Assembly (NCBI GenBank): GCA_973895155.1
Contig: OZ316894.1
Coordinates: 14,151,680 to 14,215,679 of the forward strand
Source of the DNA: Marsupella aquatica
Taxonomy: Eukaryota > Plantae > Marchantiophyta
DNA: 64,000 nt
Direction of reading: 5' to 3'
Each line of letters begins with the position of its first letter. The stretch's first letter is position 1. Shown here one piece after another: positions 1-13,329 of the stretch. The translations under genes and the position numbers were made by a program. Below the pieces are notes generated by a model. The model saw only the letters and a list, made by a program, of their open reading frames with translations, was not told where the DNA came from and searched no databases.

Positions 1-3000
1 TAGGATTAACACATCCTATCTCATTGATCCAACACAAATGAAAAGCCTTTCCATGCACCCTTACCATTTCATGAAAAGCTAAAATCTCTACATCAATCAT
101 TAGTCCATCATCTCCTATTCTCAATGTACTTAATGAGTCCTTTGTGAAAACGTGTTCAATACCTTCAGTTGGTCTCAAAGAAGGTTCTTCACTTGCCTTC
201 TCAATCATCTCTCTTGCCTTGGGCGACAAAGGTATGGCAACAGGGAAAACCTTTTGCTCCACAATTTTGTACTTAGTGTGGACGGCCACATCAGGCCTTA
301 ACAAATGTGTTAGCTCCAAATAGAACTCTCAACCAACCTCTATCTCACTTTCACCCGAGGTTAACAATATCACCCATAATCTGCACAAAAGAAGGGTTAT
401 TGGCCTTCTCATAAAAAATGCCAAAAACTTGCTCATCATTTGGTAACTCACCTAAGTAGTGCATTCACTTCTCCCACTTACCCATCTTTTGGTTTTCCAC
501 TGTTGAGCATCCTTCCCTACTTAAAAACAAAATCCAACTACACTTAGGAAACCCACAAAAGGAATTAGCAAACAACTAATCAGTATTTATATCACAAGAC
601 GGAGAAATGAAACCGGTACCTTGCTCTCCCAACACATCAAACAAGGCACATAATTGAAATTCATTTTAGACTCCATCTCTCTCAACTCTCTCCTATGTCT
701 CTTGTGGTTAGGGGAACAAGTAGGAAACTGCACAACCCTAAGGCCATCTCTACTTCAAATCTTAGCAAAGTTTCCATCATCCAAAACCTTGGTCTCCATC
801 CTCATCTTAGTGATGCAATAATGAAGGTTAATATGCACAAAAACATTCATGGGCTTGAGAATGTTGCCCATCATAGTTGTTACTCTAGGACAAGCACCCC
901 ACAAGGCATTCTGATCTCTGTTAATGCCATTCACACCCCACTCAATGTCTTGATCAGCTAAGACTTTTCCTTCATCATAAACCCTCATAGACATCAAGTT
1001 AACCTTAGACCCTGAGTCAATCAAAGCTCTCAAGGTCCCCTCAACACCTCAATCTCTACCTTAGTACAAGCCCTTGCCCAAAAGGATTCCATGAAGGACT
1101 TCTCTCCCCACCCTATGGACTCGTTGACAATACTGAGGGTAGCATCATACACCCTAGTCCAATTGTAAGCACTATCACTCATAGGTTCAAACTTCCTACT
1201 AATTGTAGAAAGCTCCTCATACTCATCTTCTACTTGATAACTATTTTTTTTACATTTTCTGGCGGAAACCAACCATGCATTTTCTGAACTTGAGAGGGGA
1301 GGCTCAACACTAGAAAAATAATCCTGAGTGCTTTTGACTTTGGCCTGACCTTCAACTTGCAACTCATCCTTCTCACACTCCCTCACCCGTTTAAGCCTAT
1401 CTTTCTCTACACAAGGTAGGTTAGGAGCAAGCTCACAAGGTTCCAAGTCACTAGCTCAAGTCCTTCTTTTTGCTAGTATTGGCACTGGCATTGTCTCCTC
1501 ATAATTTTCAAGAAATTTCATCCAATTACCATCCCCATCACTTTCACTTTCAGCTGATCCCTCCATGCTCTTGACTCTCAAACCCCTACTGTTGACTCCC
1601 AACTCATGGACTCAAGTAGGAAAAGTCCCTACCTCCCACACACTAGCATGGTAGGGAGACTTGTCACTAGTCTCTTGGTCTTGATCCTTAACCTCACTTG
1701 TCAAGGAAACAGACCCTTCCTTGTACACTCTCTTCTTCCTAGCCTTAGCTAGGATAGCCTCTTGAATCTCTTTCCTCATCACTCCAAAGAGCTCCTCATT
1801 AGTGAACCCTTGTGCCTCCTATTTCCAAAATTTTTGGGCAATGATATCAGGTTCAATTTCTCTCTCAACTTCTCTCCCTAGAACCCAACCTGGACTCTTT
1901 AAGGTTGCCTTAGCATCCTCAGCCTTCAATTGGGGAGGGGGCAAACCCTCCTTCTCAATTGGCAAATGCACATGCTCTGAAAACTGAACTTTCTTCTTGC
2001 CCTTTTCAACAGCACTATGCCTAAGACTCTCTCGCCTCCTCTCATCAACTCTTGCTTCCCAAGAAGCGCCAACCTCAACAGCATAAGGTGAGATCAAGAT
2101 AGGGTCATCCTAACCGGTTTTCTGACAAATGAAAGTAGCTAGTCTTTTTTTCTCAACTTCACTAGGACCAGTAAAAGATGAGGTTTCAAGACCCAAGGTG
2201 TAAATCTCAGGCTCAAATGCAAGAGATACCATTTTTACCTCAGCTTCAATCAAATGCTTCTCAATCAAGGCTTTCATCCCTCCCTTTTGATTGTTGAAAG
2301 GAATCTCCTCTCCTAACTCAAAATAGACAAGTTTTCTCATGCCTGGCTCAACCACATATTTAACTTTATGACTCTTAATGGCTTCAGGAAGATCTAGACA
2401 TTCCCTCTTTTGATGCTCCTTTGAGTCACACCACAAACATCGCCCATTTGTAGCTTGACTTGGACCTGCCCGATCACTTTTTCTTGGTCTTGATCTTGGA
2501 CCAGACACTTGTTTAGACAACAAGTTTAGACTCTCAAGGATCTTGGCCAAGTCAGATGGCTCTAGCCCCTTCTCATCTCTGGAAGGCTCTTCCTTTGTTT
2601 TCCCCTTACGTGCCTTAGATGGAGCAGCTGTTGGTTTTGCAATAGCCTCATCATCCAAAGCTCTATCTCTTGGCCTCTAAGAAATAATCTCAACAACTTA
2701 TTCCACATGACTCCAATCTACCTTAGACCTTCTACAAGGGTTAACAATATCAATAGCATACTCAAGTTCATCCCTAAGCCACTTATGAGCAGCACACAAA
2801 GACAAAGACAACTTTTGAAGGGAAAGGAATTCAAGGTCAGTAGAAGGCAATTGCCCAAGCTTTCTCTTGAACTTGAAGAGAAGGTCCTCTGGCCCTAACT
2901 CCTTATTCCTCTCACGAATCCAGTCCAAAAAGGTACCCTCCGTCATCCTCTCTGAATCAGACATCAGAAAATGATGCTGCATCTTCTTAACAAACTCTTC

Positions 3001-3166
3001 TCACTCATTCTCCTCTTCAAGGCCAAGCGCTAGCCTCAAAACCACATCCTTCAACTCAGGTTCAACAAGAGTAAAAAATTCCAGGACGACAATAACTTGG
3101 TCAATTTTGAAAACCTCAACTTGTCTCCAATATACTCTCAAATACTTGGTTACATCTTTGCCCTTG
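1..3166 (-). mobile_element. Degraded Ty3/gypsy gag-protease region (continues off the left edge)
   Basis: Minus-strand ORF fragments in gypsy order: Gag-like (2698-3160, KGKDVTKY...), CCHC knuckle RCLWCDSKEHQKREC (ORF 2110-2658), aspartic protease ALIDSGSKVNLMS (ORF 755-1033). Many stops and frameshifts. Confidence 0.75.
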
Positions 3167-3345
3167 TGTGGAATGGCTTAGTACAGGTTTGAGTAGAAAA
3201 TGTGTCAGCTTTTTGCTTTGGATGAGTAATAATAACATAGTTATAGTGATTAGCAGAGTTGTTAGGTTTTGAGTAACTTAATAACTAGGGAAGTGGAGTA
3301 GAAAAATAAATTGAGGAAGAAAACATGTTACTCTAAGAAGTATAG

Positions 3346-4498
3346 TGGTGGAACTTGACTACCTTACCACTTAGCTCTGGCGTCGTTGACTCCGATGCCA
3401 AGCTCCTATGGTCCAGGCCTGGAATGGCCACTCGGGGAGGACTTAGCATGGGGAGACTTGTGAGCAATGGGGCGTGCCACTGGCAAAGGCAAGGTGCTAA
3501 GTTGATGACACACACTAAGGACTTAGACTAGCTGAGGGTTGGTCGGGTTGAGGGGAAAGGGCTGGACTCAAGGTCGACCATCCGGACCCCCGGACAGACT
3601 TTGAGTTCTGAGGGCTTGAGTAAGAGCTCCTCTTGGGCCCAAGGCCAAGGGAGTTCACTCCATGGGCAACGTACGTTTGGGGCACGAGTTATGGCCCGAT
3701 CCGAGTTTGGCCGATCGGGGGTCCCGGGCGACGACGGGATCTGAGGGCCTAGGCATGAGCACTGGGTTGGCCCAATCATAGGCATGAGCACTGGGTCGGC
3801 CCAATCAACAGGATTCTTGGGATTTGCGGGGGCTTTGCCCGCTTGCCAAATCCTACCGAAATAGCAGCCAAGCCGTGTTCAGTCTCCCAAGGGAGCTTGC
3901 GTTGGGGGGGATCAAGGCCAAGTAGGCATGGAGGATGAGTTCCAAGTGTACTTGGCCCCTAGGCTACTGACAAGCAAGAATCGGGAGTTGATTACTAGAG
4001 TCGGGGCCATTCTGGTTCCGACGTGTTGGAACAAGCTTTAGGACAAGCTATGTTATTTGGGTCATGAGCATGTCCTGGGGGCAAGGCGGTCAGTTGGTGA
4101 TGGATAGGTACAAGGGGGGACCCGGGCCGCACCCAAGGAAGGAGTTGTTCAAGACGAACAAAGGGTGTCAATTCTGGTTCCGACTTATGGCATCGGGAGA
4201 ACCTATTGCTGACTTACTTACCAATGTCTGTTGAACTTGAGTTAGGATGCTAGACTTGGGGAGATCTAGATCCTGTTGGGTTACTTACTGAGGTACTTGG
4301 TTGGTTGTGCAGATAGTGAAGACCATTGAGTGACGGTCGTGTTAGGGAGCAAGTGCGGCTTTGTATGGGAGGGGCCGCGGGTTGTGCAAGGGGCATTGAG
4401 TTGCTTGCTCAAGATATTCCGTGGAGGCGTTCGGACACCTGGGGCACTTAGGCGCGGGTCTTGGGATTGGTGAGGGCGTTGGGTGGCTAGGTCCACCA
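3346..4498 (+). repeat. 5' LTR of chromovirus-type gypsy element
   Basis: Ends are a 7-bp inverted repeat TGGTGGA...TCCACCA. Followed by degenerate Met-tRNA PBS (tagtatcaagag, 4500-4511). Clearly homologous to 24937-~26405, which has an extra ~350-400 bp block near 25365-25725. Confidence 0.8.
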
Positions 4499-5224
4499 CT
4501 AGTATCAAGAGTTGAGTAAATTATTCGATAAGGGCAAAAAAAAGTTACGGTAGTCGGCAAGTCGGGCCAAAGGAAGGACCGATACTTTTGAGCGATATGT
4601 TTAGCCAAGACTCACACTATAGGTGCTAGGTAGTCCCTAGACCATACACAAAAGTTATGAAGTCAAGTGAGGTCTTAAGCTAGGAGTTCTATTTAAGTAT
4701 TTTGGCAAAACTTAAAATAACCAACTAGCGGGTCCAGGTAAATTTGTGGGTTCAAGTTTAAAATTGAGTTTAGTATAGCTCATAATATCCCTGGAATGTC
4801 TTAGAAGTACTTTGGTCACATTTTCTTACTTTTTGGGGGCATCTCAAAGTGAAGGAAAAGTAGTGCGCATTATAGATATGGGCAAACTTAGGTATTTTCA
4901 GAAAAGTCACTCTGAAATATTTAGCAAGTTGGATAAATTTAGGAGTGAGTCCTATGTCTAGGGATTCCAGGGATATACTCAAAAGTCCTTTTGGACTTTT
5001 GTGTGATTTTAAAAAATTAAAAAATTGGTGGGGGGGTTCCAAAACGGCCAAAGAATGTTAATTTTTCCAAAAAAAAACTGGAAATTTTTCTAAGTGTAAG
5101 CCGTGTTGACGGCAACCATGTGGCAAGCATGAGGAGGGGAGAAGCAAGCAATGCCATGTGGTCAGGTAGAGCCATAAGGGTCAAGCAAGAGGTGGGCTAA
5201 TTGAAGGGATGCTTGCTACAGAGG

Positions 5225-5610
5225 AATAGGCAACTGCAAAATTGAGTAGAGATGACTGGCAGCACATCAAAATAGGTTGCTACTGATCTAAATAGGTAGC
5301 TGCAAAATTGAGAAGAGAGGCTGCTGGCTGGGTGAGTGAGGAGAGCTATGGCTGCTGATTAGAATAGAGTTGGCTATTGAGAAGGAATCAAGTTGGCTGC
5401 TATTGCAAAATTGAATTGAAGAGCTATGCTACTGGTTGTTGAATAGGCTGCTGCTGATCATAATAGATAACTGCAAAATTGAGGAGAGGAGAGCTGGTTG
5501 CCTCGATACTGCTTGAGAAGGAGTAGAGCTCAGGCTGAGCTATGGCTATTGTGCTCCAAAGCTGCTATGATGGGATACGATGCTAACTGGGCTACAAAAT
5601 TGAAGGGTTG
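5225..5610 (+). repeat. Degenerate tandem repeats (core CTGCAAAATTGA) in the chromovirus leader
   Basis: Core motif recurs near 5233, 5300, 5403, 5471 and 5593 with related flanks. Confidence 0.5.
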
Positions 5611-7011
5611 GCTAACTGATTGCAAGGCTGCTTTGAATTAGATTGAGAGGGCTGTTGAGTGAAAGACCGACTAGCTGATTTGAGGATCAAGTAGGGAAAA
5701 GGGGCAGCTGCAAACACAAGATACTTCATGGGGCTGAGCTATGGAAGGCTGGGAGGAGGGCGCAACTATCCCAAGAGAGAGCACATCCATTAGGAATCAA
5801 GAGTGATTGTTGAATCAACAAGCTATGGCTGTCGTTTCCTTCTAGGCAATTTGAAATTTCTTCCTTGGCCTCAACATTCCTGAGTAATAGTGAAGATTCC
5901 TTCCCTGGTGACACCTAGAATCCCCATAAGGGGCGTGTAAAGGTTAAGTGTAAACAAGATGCGATTGATACCTACTTTATACCCAAAATGGCCAAATGAA
6001 AATGGATATAACTTGGGTTAGGGGCATCCTGTCGCATTCTTAACCTGGGCCTTAAATCCAGTTTAGTGCCATGGCGCGACCTCGACCACCAGTAGTGGTG
6101 AGGGTTCGGGCAAGGAGGTGTGTAGTGGCCCCGATTAGCCCTAAGTCGGGCTAAGCCGATATACTTACTAGTATAACACTTAAGCAATTCGTACTAGTCA
6201 TAGGTATCTTTTATTTTCCACCGCTGGAATCCTCCCTCAGTGACTCGGACTAACTCCCGGCTTGGGGCTTTTCAAGCCATCGACGCGACAGAACCTTGTG
6301 ACATACAATGGGTGGCAATCCCTACCATTAGTCCGCACCCGGTACGTCCCTTAAAATGGTGCCTTTGCCCAGACAAAGCATACTCACAACACCAGTTACT
6401 TGCGGAAACATTAGAGGGAAAAGACTACGTTTACTCAGCGAAGCATCAGTTTACATGGTTGACTCGACTTCAAAGGGGGTCAGCAGGCCCAACGGCAGTC
6501 GATGCCCAGTCTCTACGAGGCCCCGCCTCGCACTTGCCCAGCAAGCTCGACTCTGGCTCTCACTCCTTGGTGCGCTCTGACCCTGCTCAGGCCGGGACTC
6601 CCCGTGCCTCACCTTTCTTCTGCTGAGATAACTAAGCCTTCTCCCCCTTCCATAGCGGAAGGGGAAGCCTAAATACTACAGTTTGCGGAAGAGAACCGGA
6701 GGATACTACCTTCCGGGATACTACCTTCTGACTAACTACCTTCTAACTACTGGCCGTGCCGCACTGACTGGTTGACCGTCGACGACAAGGGTGCCGACCG
6801 GGATGGCAGCGGCCAAGCCTACTGACAAAAATCTAGTCCGTTGATGGACTCCATCCTACGTTGGCTGATCCTAACTGATCCGACCCTAATTCTTCCTACT
6901 GCCGCTAATCGGCGCCTAATGATAGCCATTCTGTCGCTGCACCTAACCGAAAGATGCCGCTGACTTAACTGCCTCGCGCGGCACCTGCTTCCACCCTTCG
7001 CTAACCACCCC

Positions 7012-8559
7012 TTACGTGGGTGCTGTGGTTGGACCAGGGCTGGTCCCCTTGTCAGGGCGAGACCTCAAGCCGCCTTGATCAGAGGTGGGCCCAGGTTTTC
7101 CCCACTGGAGGACGAGTAGGGTAACACGGTCCTGCAAGGCCTTGTTGTCCCACACCGCCTCCTCCGCCTCGTTTGCAACTTCATCGGCCTCGGTCTGGAG
7201 CCGTGCTACCTCCAGGTTGAGCTGGTTAATGGAGTCACGATGGATCTGGTCCTGCGCCAGCAATTTATCCCGTTCGGCGGAGAGAGTAGCCACCTACTGC
7301 GGTGCCTGTAGGAATTGTTTGTTGAGGTCGGTCAGGCTGGTAACTCAAGCCGAAGATTCTGAGCGTAATTGAAGCATGGTGTCGTCCAGCTTCTTGAGAT
7401 CTGCTTGCGCTCCGCTTAACTCCTGGGTTAGTCCGTCCCTCTATTTGACGGTGCGGACTAACTCCTCGCGGCGGGTAGTGGCCTCCTCCTCGAGGTGCTC
7501 TACCAGCATCTGGAGGCACCCGATCTCATTCCCCTTCGCCATGAGTTCTTCTTCCAAGCGACTTACGATCCGTGGTTGGTGCTCTAACATGAAGAAGGCT
7601 GGTTGAAAGTACGCCGAGACTTGTTGTCTGATGTACGTCGCCAGCTCCCCAAACATAGTCTGGCTAAACTTCTGGACCAGGTCGTAGGCCATGGTCCCCG
7701 GGGCTACTTGGTAGTCCTCCATCCTCTCGGGTACCGGTGGTTCCTCGGGCGGGGCAACGAGCTCCTCCGTAGTCTGTGTTGGGGAGGGGAAGGTTTCTTC
7801 AGGTGGTGGAGGGATTGGGGGTGGTTGTACTGCGGATAGCGGAGGCTCGACGGAAGGGGGCGGCGGAATTTCCATAGGAGGAGGTGGCGGAGTATTAGTC
7901 GGGGCTTCCAGCTCAGGGTTTGCCCGAGGGACGGTAGTCCGCGCGCTCGGGGTTGCCTCCTCTGGGGCGGGGGTGACATTAGTCGGGGCTGAGGTGGCCA
8001 TATTCTTTCCTCTGGCCTCCCGCCGTGCCTTGTACCAGGCGAGGATAATGGCGATATGACTTCCCAAGTAAGTTTTCCCCCCAATAGCCATACCACCCTG
8101 AGCCCGCTTCAGCTCCCCCGAGAATCTTTGGTAGAAGAATTGGGCCCAGTTCCACCGTTTGTACTGTTCCACCTGCACGATCGTACAGAGGGAAATCTCG
8201 GATCGTGGCTCAATCATGTGTAAGGTAGTCCGTATGAAGTTAAGATGCTCCATGCAGATTAAGTTGGTGCACAACCCCTGCTTGTATCCGTTGTCTGTCT
8301 TACCCTCGGGTTTGAAGTGCCGCGGTGTACACTCCTTATCCCAAATTCGGAGTTCAACCGGTACCGGCCCGGTTGGCAGGCAGAAGATTTGCGTTAACCG
8401 ATGCTCCGTGAGTGATAAGGCCTGCCCCGAAACCTTGGTGGTCGATGCATTAGTGTCAAAATTGGAGATGAACTCACAAATCTCCTTCGGCCCGGCGGCG
8501 CACGGTCTCCATAGCAAGTGAGCAAACTGCTCCAACTGATGCTCCTTCAGATAGTCCAT
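7012..8559 (-). CDS. Athila-type extra ORF (env-like/plant transposon protein-like domain, Pro-rich linker, coiled coil); frameshifted near 7440
   Basis: 372-aa ORF 7441-8559 with 'ICEFISNFD...KVSGQALSLTEHRLTQIFCLP...WNWAQFFY...YLGSHIAIIL', a pattern resembling Athila ORF3-type proteins by eye. Heptad-rich continuation in ORF 7012-7293. Confidence 0.5.
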
Positions 8560-8610
8560 GTGTTCGAGTTTCTTGATCGCGATCCAGACTACTTCGGGGA
8601 CGCGGATTAC

Positions 8611-9327
8611 CTATAATAAGTTGGACTTTGGGTTATCCAAGGGCTGTCGGTTCTGGTTGGCCGGGGGGTTTTTCGGGGTAGGTGCAGGCGCAGCGTTGGT
8701 TTGCATTGTTGATTCGGGGGCCGTCGTCGTCCTTGGCCGCTTACGAGAATGCTGTTCAAGTTGCGGACTAACTCGCTCGGAATCCGAAGAACACTCTATG
8801 TTGATCACTGGACGGACTTGGGACCAGTTCGGCGGTACGCCGGTGGTCATCGGCTGAGGTACTGGTGGTATCGGGGTAGCCATATCCCAGTTGAAGGCGT
8901 TGGAGCTTTCCCCGAGGAACGTAAGATTACGCGCCGCTTCCCGTTGTCTGCTGATGTCTTCTTGATGCTTTTTGGCTGCGATCTGCTGGTCTAGGTACCC
9001 CGGAATCTTATCGAACTCCGCTTGAGTAAGCCGCTGGCTGCCTTTCAGCTTAAAGAACTTTGCTGGGACTTCAAGAATCGCCTCTGCTACCGATCTAAGC
9101 CCTTCCTCGTTGAGATATAGTTTGGTGATGTGGTCTCGCAGCTCGTTGTAGCTAGAATCCCTGGTGATGGCTGTCCTTTCACAATTAACCAGTGCTACCT
9201 TGGTCACCAGCTTCGCGTATCTTTGTTTGTAAGCGGCTTTCTCGGGACAAGAGTACCAATAAGTCTCGGAGAACTTAGCACCTACCTCGCCAAACAAGGT
9301 CCAGAATCCCAAGGCTGTAAGGGTCAT
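8611..9327 (-). CDS. Hypothetical accessory protein of the Athila-like element
   Basis: Open 238-aa ORF with helical N-half and low-complexity tail containing RKRPR; sits between integrase and the env-like ORF on the same strand. Confidence 0.45.
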   Translation of the reverse strand: MTLTALGFWTLFGEVGAKFSETYWYSCPEKAAYKQRYAKLVTKVALVNCERTAITRDSSYNELRDHITKLYLNEEGLRSVAEAILEVPAKFFKLKGSQRLTQAEFDKIPGYLDQQIAAKKHQEDISRQREAARNLTFLGESSNAFNWDMATPIPPVPQPMTTGVPPNWSQVRPVINIECSSDSERVSPQLEQHSRKRPRTTTAPESTMQTNAAPAPTPKNPPANQNRQPLDNPKSNLL

Positions 9328-9827
9328 ACTAACCTCGTAGTCCGGTTTGTTGAGTCCACGTTCCCACCCGGCTGGTCCTTTTTCTCGTGGAGGCCTCGCT
9401 CGTCCTGACTAAATCTCGCCACATTCCGCTTTTATCCGTCGATAATCTCCTTGTAAAGGTCGACTTGATTCGATCAGAAAGGCGAGTGGATGGCAACGTC
9501 CGCGAATTCCAAAAAGGTGGAAATGAGCAAATGGCCCGCAGCGCCATCGGCTCCTCTCTTATGGAGGTGCCAGGATGAGTCCGAGCATGAGAAGGCCAGG
9601 CCATTTTGGTCATTGATAATGAGCTGAAGTCGGCACCCCAAGCGTGATTCTTCTAACTGATTTTTACTCCGCTACCGCCACCGTACCTCGGTCGCGCGTA
9701 ATAATCCTCTTCCTGAACTCATAATCACTCGGTCATCTTAAGCTACTCCTAATCTATTCATAATGGCAACGGACGGCTATACGTGCTATTCTACGCTACG
9801 GCTACGGTCCTAACGTCCGTATAAGAC

Positions 9828-11741
9828 CTAATCTATGACCTGGGTTCGGTTAAGTGACATGTTACCCGTGTCACATAGCTCCCCACTCAAGTGTGAAGCG
9901 TCCTCGCGAACATCATTACGCTCATTGTCCTGGTGAAAGTACCTCTTCACACGGTCGTAACTAACTCGATTGGGAAAGAGGTCGCCGGCGTACGTTGATA
10001 GCTGGAGGGATCCGTTCGGGTACATCTGCTGGACAACGAAAGGTCCTAGCCAGCATGTGTGTAACTTTCCTGGAAAGTACATGTACCTACTGTCGTACAG
10101 AAGGACAAGATCTCCCGTAGTGATGTCCACCTGGCATAGTCCCTTGTCGTACTGTTTCTTTGTTGCTTCTTGCTTGGCAGTTACGCCTCGCGATGCCCAC
10201 AATCTCTATTCTTCTAGACTGTCGATCTTATATGCTCGATCGGATGAACTAGCGGCCTCCGGTAACCTGTGGCGGATGCGTACCCGCGGGGTCTCGACCT
10301 CGAACTCGACGGGTATGAGCGCATGTTGTCCGAATACCAAGAAATACGGACTATGGTTTGTGGTAGTCTTAAACGCCAAGTTGTACGAATAGACCGCAGC
10401 AAAAAGCTTGTCGTCCCAATCTATTTTGTGGGCTGCCACGGTTTTGTTGAGGATTTTCCCTACGATGCCATTAGCTCGCTCTGCTAGTTCGTTACATTTG
10501 GGATGATAAGGGGTAGTCTTCCTGTGCTTGACGAGGTAACGGTCAGTCAGTTTTTCCATCGTTTCGTTCAAAAAATGAGTCCCACGGTCGCTGACTAATT
10601 CCAAGGGAGGTCCGAAACGGGTGAAGATCTGTTCGTACAGGAACCTGGCGATGGTGGCCGCGTCATCCTTGACCGTTGCCCGGGCCTCGACCCATTTAGT
10701 CGAGTAGTCAATAGCAAGAAGGATGTACCGGCAACGCCGACCTCGGGTTACAGGGGTGAATGGTCCGATATAATTGATGCCCCATTTCTCAAACAGGGCA
10801 AGAGGAAAGATCGGGGTAAGAGGATGATTACCCGATCTGAGGGGTTTGCCCACGCGCTGACACAAGTCGCAACCTCGGATAAAATGGGCTACGTCGTGAT
10901 GAAGCGTAGGCCACCAATAACCTACGTCCAAGATTTTGTGAGCCGTGGTGACCGGGGCGAAGTGTCCTCCTACCTCCTCCTCGTGCATAGCTTGCATGAC
11001 AATGATCGTCTCGTTATAATCTAGGCATCTGCGGATCTTCCCATCGACGCCTTCCTTATGCAGATGTCCGCGTATCATCATGTATGGTGCGGCCTTGCGT
11101 AGAAAGACTGATGCGGCCTCTTGGTTTATGTTACTTGGAATGCGGGCCGTTAAGAGGAAGGTGATTAGGTCCCCGTACCACGTTGGTTGGTCCGTTTCTA
11201 CGCGGAACAATTCTTCATCAGGGAATGCACCATCGACAGGTGCGTCGTCTGATTCCCCTTCAATCCTTGAGAAGAAGTCCGCATTCACGTGTGCTTTCCC
11301 TGGTCACACCCTGACTTCGTAGTCAAATTCTTGGAGCAGCAGGACCCAACAGGCTATTCTCCCCGTCAAGTCTGCTTTGTTTACCATGTACTTCAGGCTG
11401 TCATGATCAGTATGGAATACTACCTTATATCCCAATAGATAATGGCAAAACTTTTTACACGAGTAGATGATTCTCAAGGCCTCCCGATCGGTGGGCGAAT
11501 AGTTTTTCTCTGCGGCAAACAGTTGTCGGCTCGCAAAGTAAATGGGGTGGTCACGTTTTTCGTCGTCCAGTTGGCTTAGGACTGAGCCGATGCAAAATCC
11601 AGACATGTTGACATACACATGGAACTCCTTGTTCCAATCGGGGGTAGTCAAAATCAGAGCCATAGTTAGCTGGTTTTTTAGTCCGTCAAAGGCTGATTTT
11701 CGACGGGGAGTCATTTCTATGACCGCGTCTTGCTTCATCAT
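9828..11741 (-). pseudogene. Gypsy pol fragment: RNaseH and integrase
   Basis: HPIYFASRQL...EKNYS..REAL...HTDH (RNaseH); H..GGHF...CDLCQ zinc finger; LVSDRGTHF...LAERAN core; WLGPF. One frameshift near 11300 and one stop near 10205. Confidence 0.9.
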
Positions 11742-11844
11742 TTCTGTGAGGGGTAGGGCTATCTTCTAATGAGGTCAATTATAGCCGATTTGGTCAAATA
11801 CATAGAAAGTTATGCCCTCATAACCGAGAGGGGGTACTCACTGC

Positions 11845-12197
11845 TGCGCTAACCCAAGTTACATATTTAACCCGAGTTTGGCTAACCTAGCTATCCTATC
11901 TAACCCGAGTAGAGCTAACCCATGGTCTCGGGTTAGGCCGCTACCTGCTATCCGCTAACCTAGGCTAAGCTGAGCCTAAACCCGAGCTTATCTATGCTAA
12001 CCCGAGCCCAAGTTTAGGCTAACCCAAGTTCAGTCTAACCCGGGCTCAATCTAACCCGAACCCGGGTTAAGCCTAAGCTGAAGCCGTGCTGACCTGAGCT
12101 AAGCTTAAGCCGAGCTCACATAAGCTAAGCCATGGCTGAGCTTAGGTTAACCCGAAACCGAAGCCGAATCCGCTAATTCCGGCCATAAGTTAACCCA
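11845..12197. repeat. Cluster of short degenerate CTAACCC(G/A)AG repeats
   Basis: Roughly a dozen copies of taaccc-based units, some in palindromes (aacccgggtt). Confidence 0.6.
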
Positions 12198-13329
12198 TCA
12201 CACTAATCACGCCATATCTTTCTTAATACACCTCCATTTCCCAAGTGTTTTATATTGATTTTACTTGCCTTGACCAGATCTTTCCAATACTCTTTACAGA
12301 TCCAGATTTGGTGACGTATTGAAAGAGATATGGTTACCGACCACCCGCGACATAGCTTTTTATTTCCCTAACAATCTAAGACTAGACTATGAACCACTAA
12401 CCTAACACATGGAATGAAGATGCACACAAAAAGACATTCATATTTCATTATGAGAACAACCACCATACCACATAGCCATTTATTCAATCGTGGAGACTTG
12501 CTTCCCCAAATTACCGCATCTGCCCCTGCATCTTGGAGAGCCCCCATGCTCCATTGTGCTTGCCAACACAGTAGTATGGTAGAGGAGGTGACTCCTCTCT
12601 TCCCCTAGCTACTTATTGGTGGCCTTGACAATGATTTTCTCCATTATGTCTGCCTCGGCTGTGCACTCTTCAGGCTAACCTGCCCTAGTTCTGCTCTAAA
12701 CGCCATGATTGCCCTTACTTGCCATCTTGCTGATCGTTATGCAATCTCACAGTTACTTATTGCGTACAACATACCAATTCCATCGTATTACAGAATAAGG
12801 ACCATGTCATCAGTGTCACCGTGGTCCTCTACCAAATGCTGTGGGCATTATGGTTGGGGCGCAATGAACATATGTTCCAAGCAAATGGTACCAGGAAAAT
12901 AGATTACAAATTCATCTTGTCAGAGGCAGCAGATCATGTTTCTGTTGTTTTGGTCACGCTGCCAGGCAGAAAACAAGATTACTACGTGCTAAGGAACTGA
13001 TTAACTGTGAGAGGCTAGTATGGTTGAATTGTAGAGATGTATGGATCACATCAGGATAGGCAGGTACTGTTGGCTAAGTCTTAGGAAACTACTACTAACA
13101 TTGTTCTCTGGCTTATTGTCCAAAAGAAAGGCCAAGTGTAGGGAAATAGTTTAACGGGATGTGGGCCTTTGGCCTGATCGCGGGTACTTGATCTTTGTTG
13201 TCTGTGTTGTATTGCTCGGTGTACTTTTGGGCTGCTTGGTCGGACGGATTTTGTGTGTCTGATTGTTTCCTTTGCCATGGGGTTTCGTGGCACAAGATAT
13301 AAAAATTATAAAATGTTTTAAGGAAGAAC

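Larger units (their letters stand above)
5936..12200 (-). mobile_element. Athila-like (non-chromovirus) Ty3/gypsy fragment lacking gag-PR-RT, with accessory ORFs downstream of integrase
   Basis: RNaseH (11304-11741) and integrase (9828-11288) with Athila-type linker 'VDGAFPDEELF' and 'PGKLHTCWLGPF'. Possible PPT (revcomp of cttctcccccttcc, ~6638-6651). Boundaries uncertain. Confidence 0.7.

Noticed and set aside
12200-13325. Possible solo LTR or TE end (ends ...GTGGCACA near 13294)
   Set aside because: No partner repeat, TSD or coding motif found in the window.
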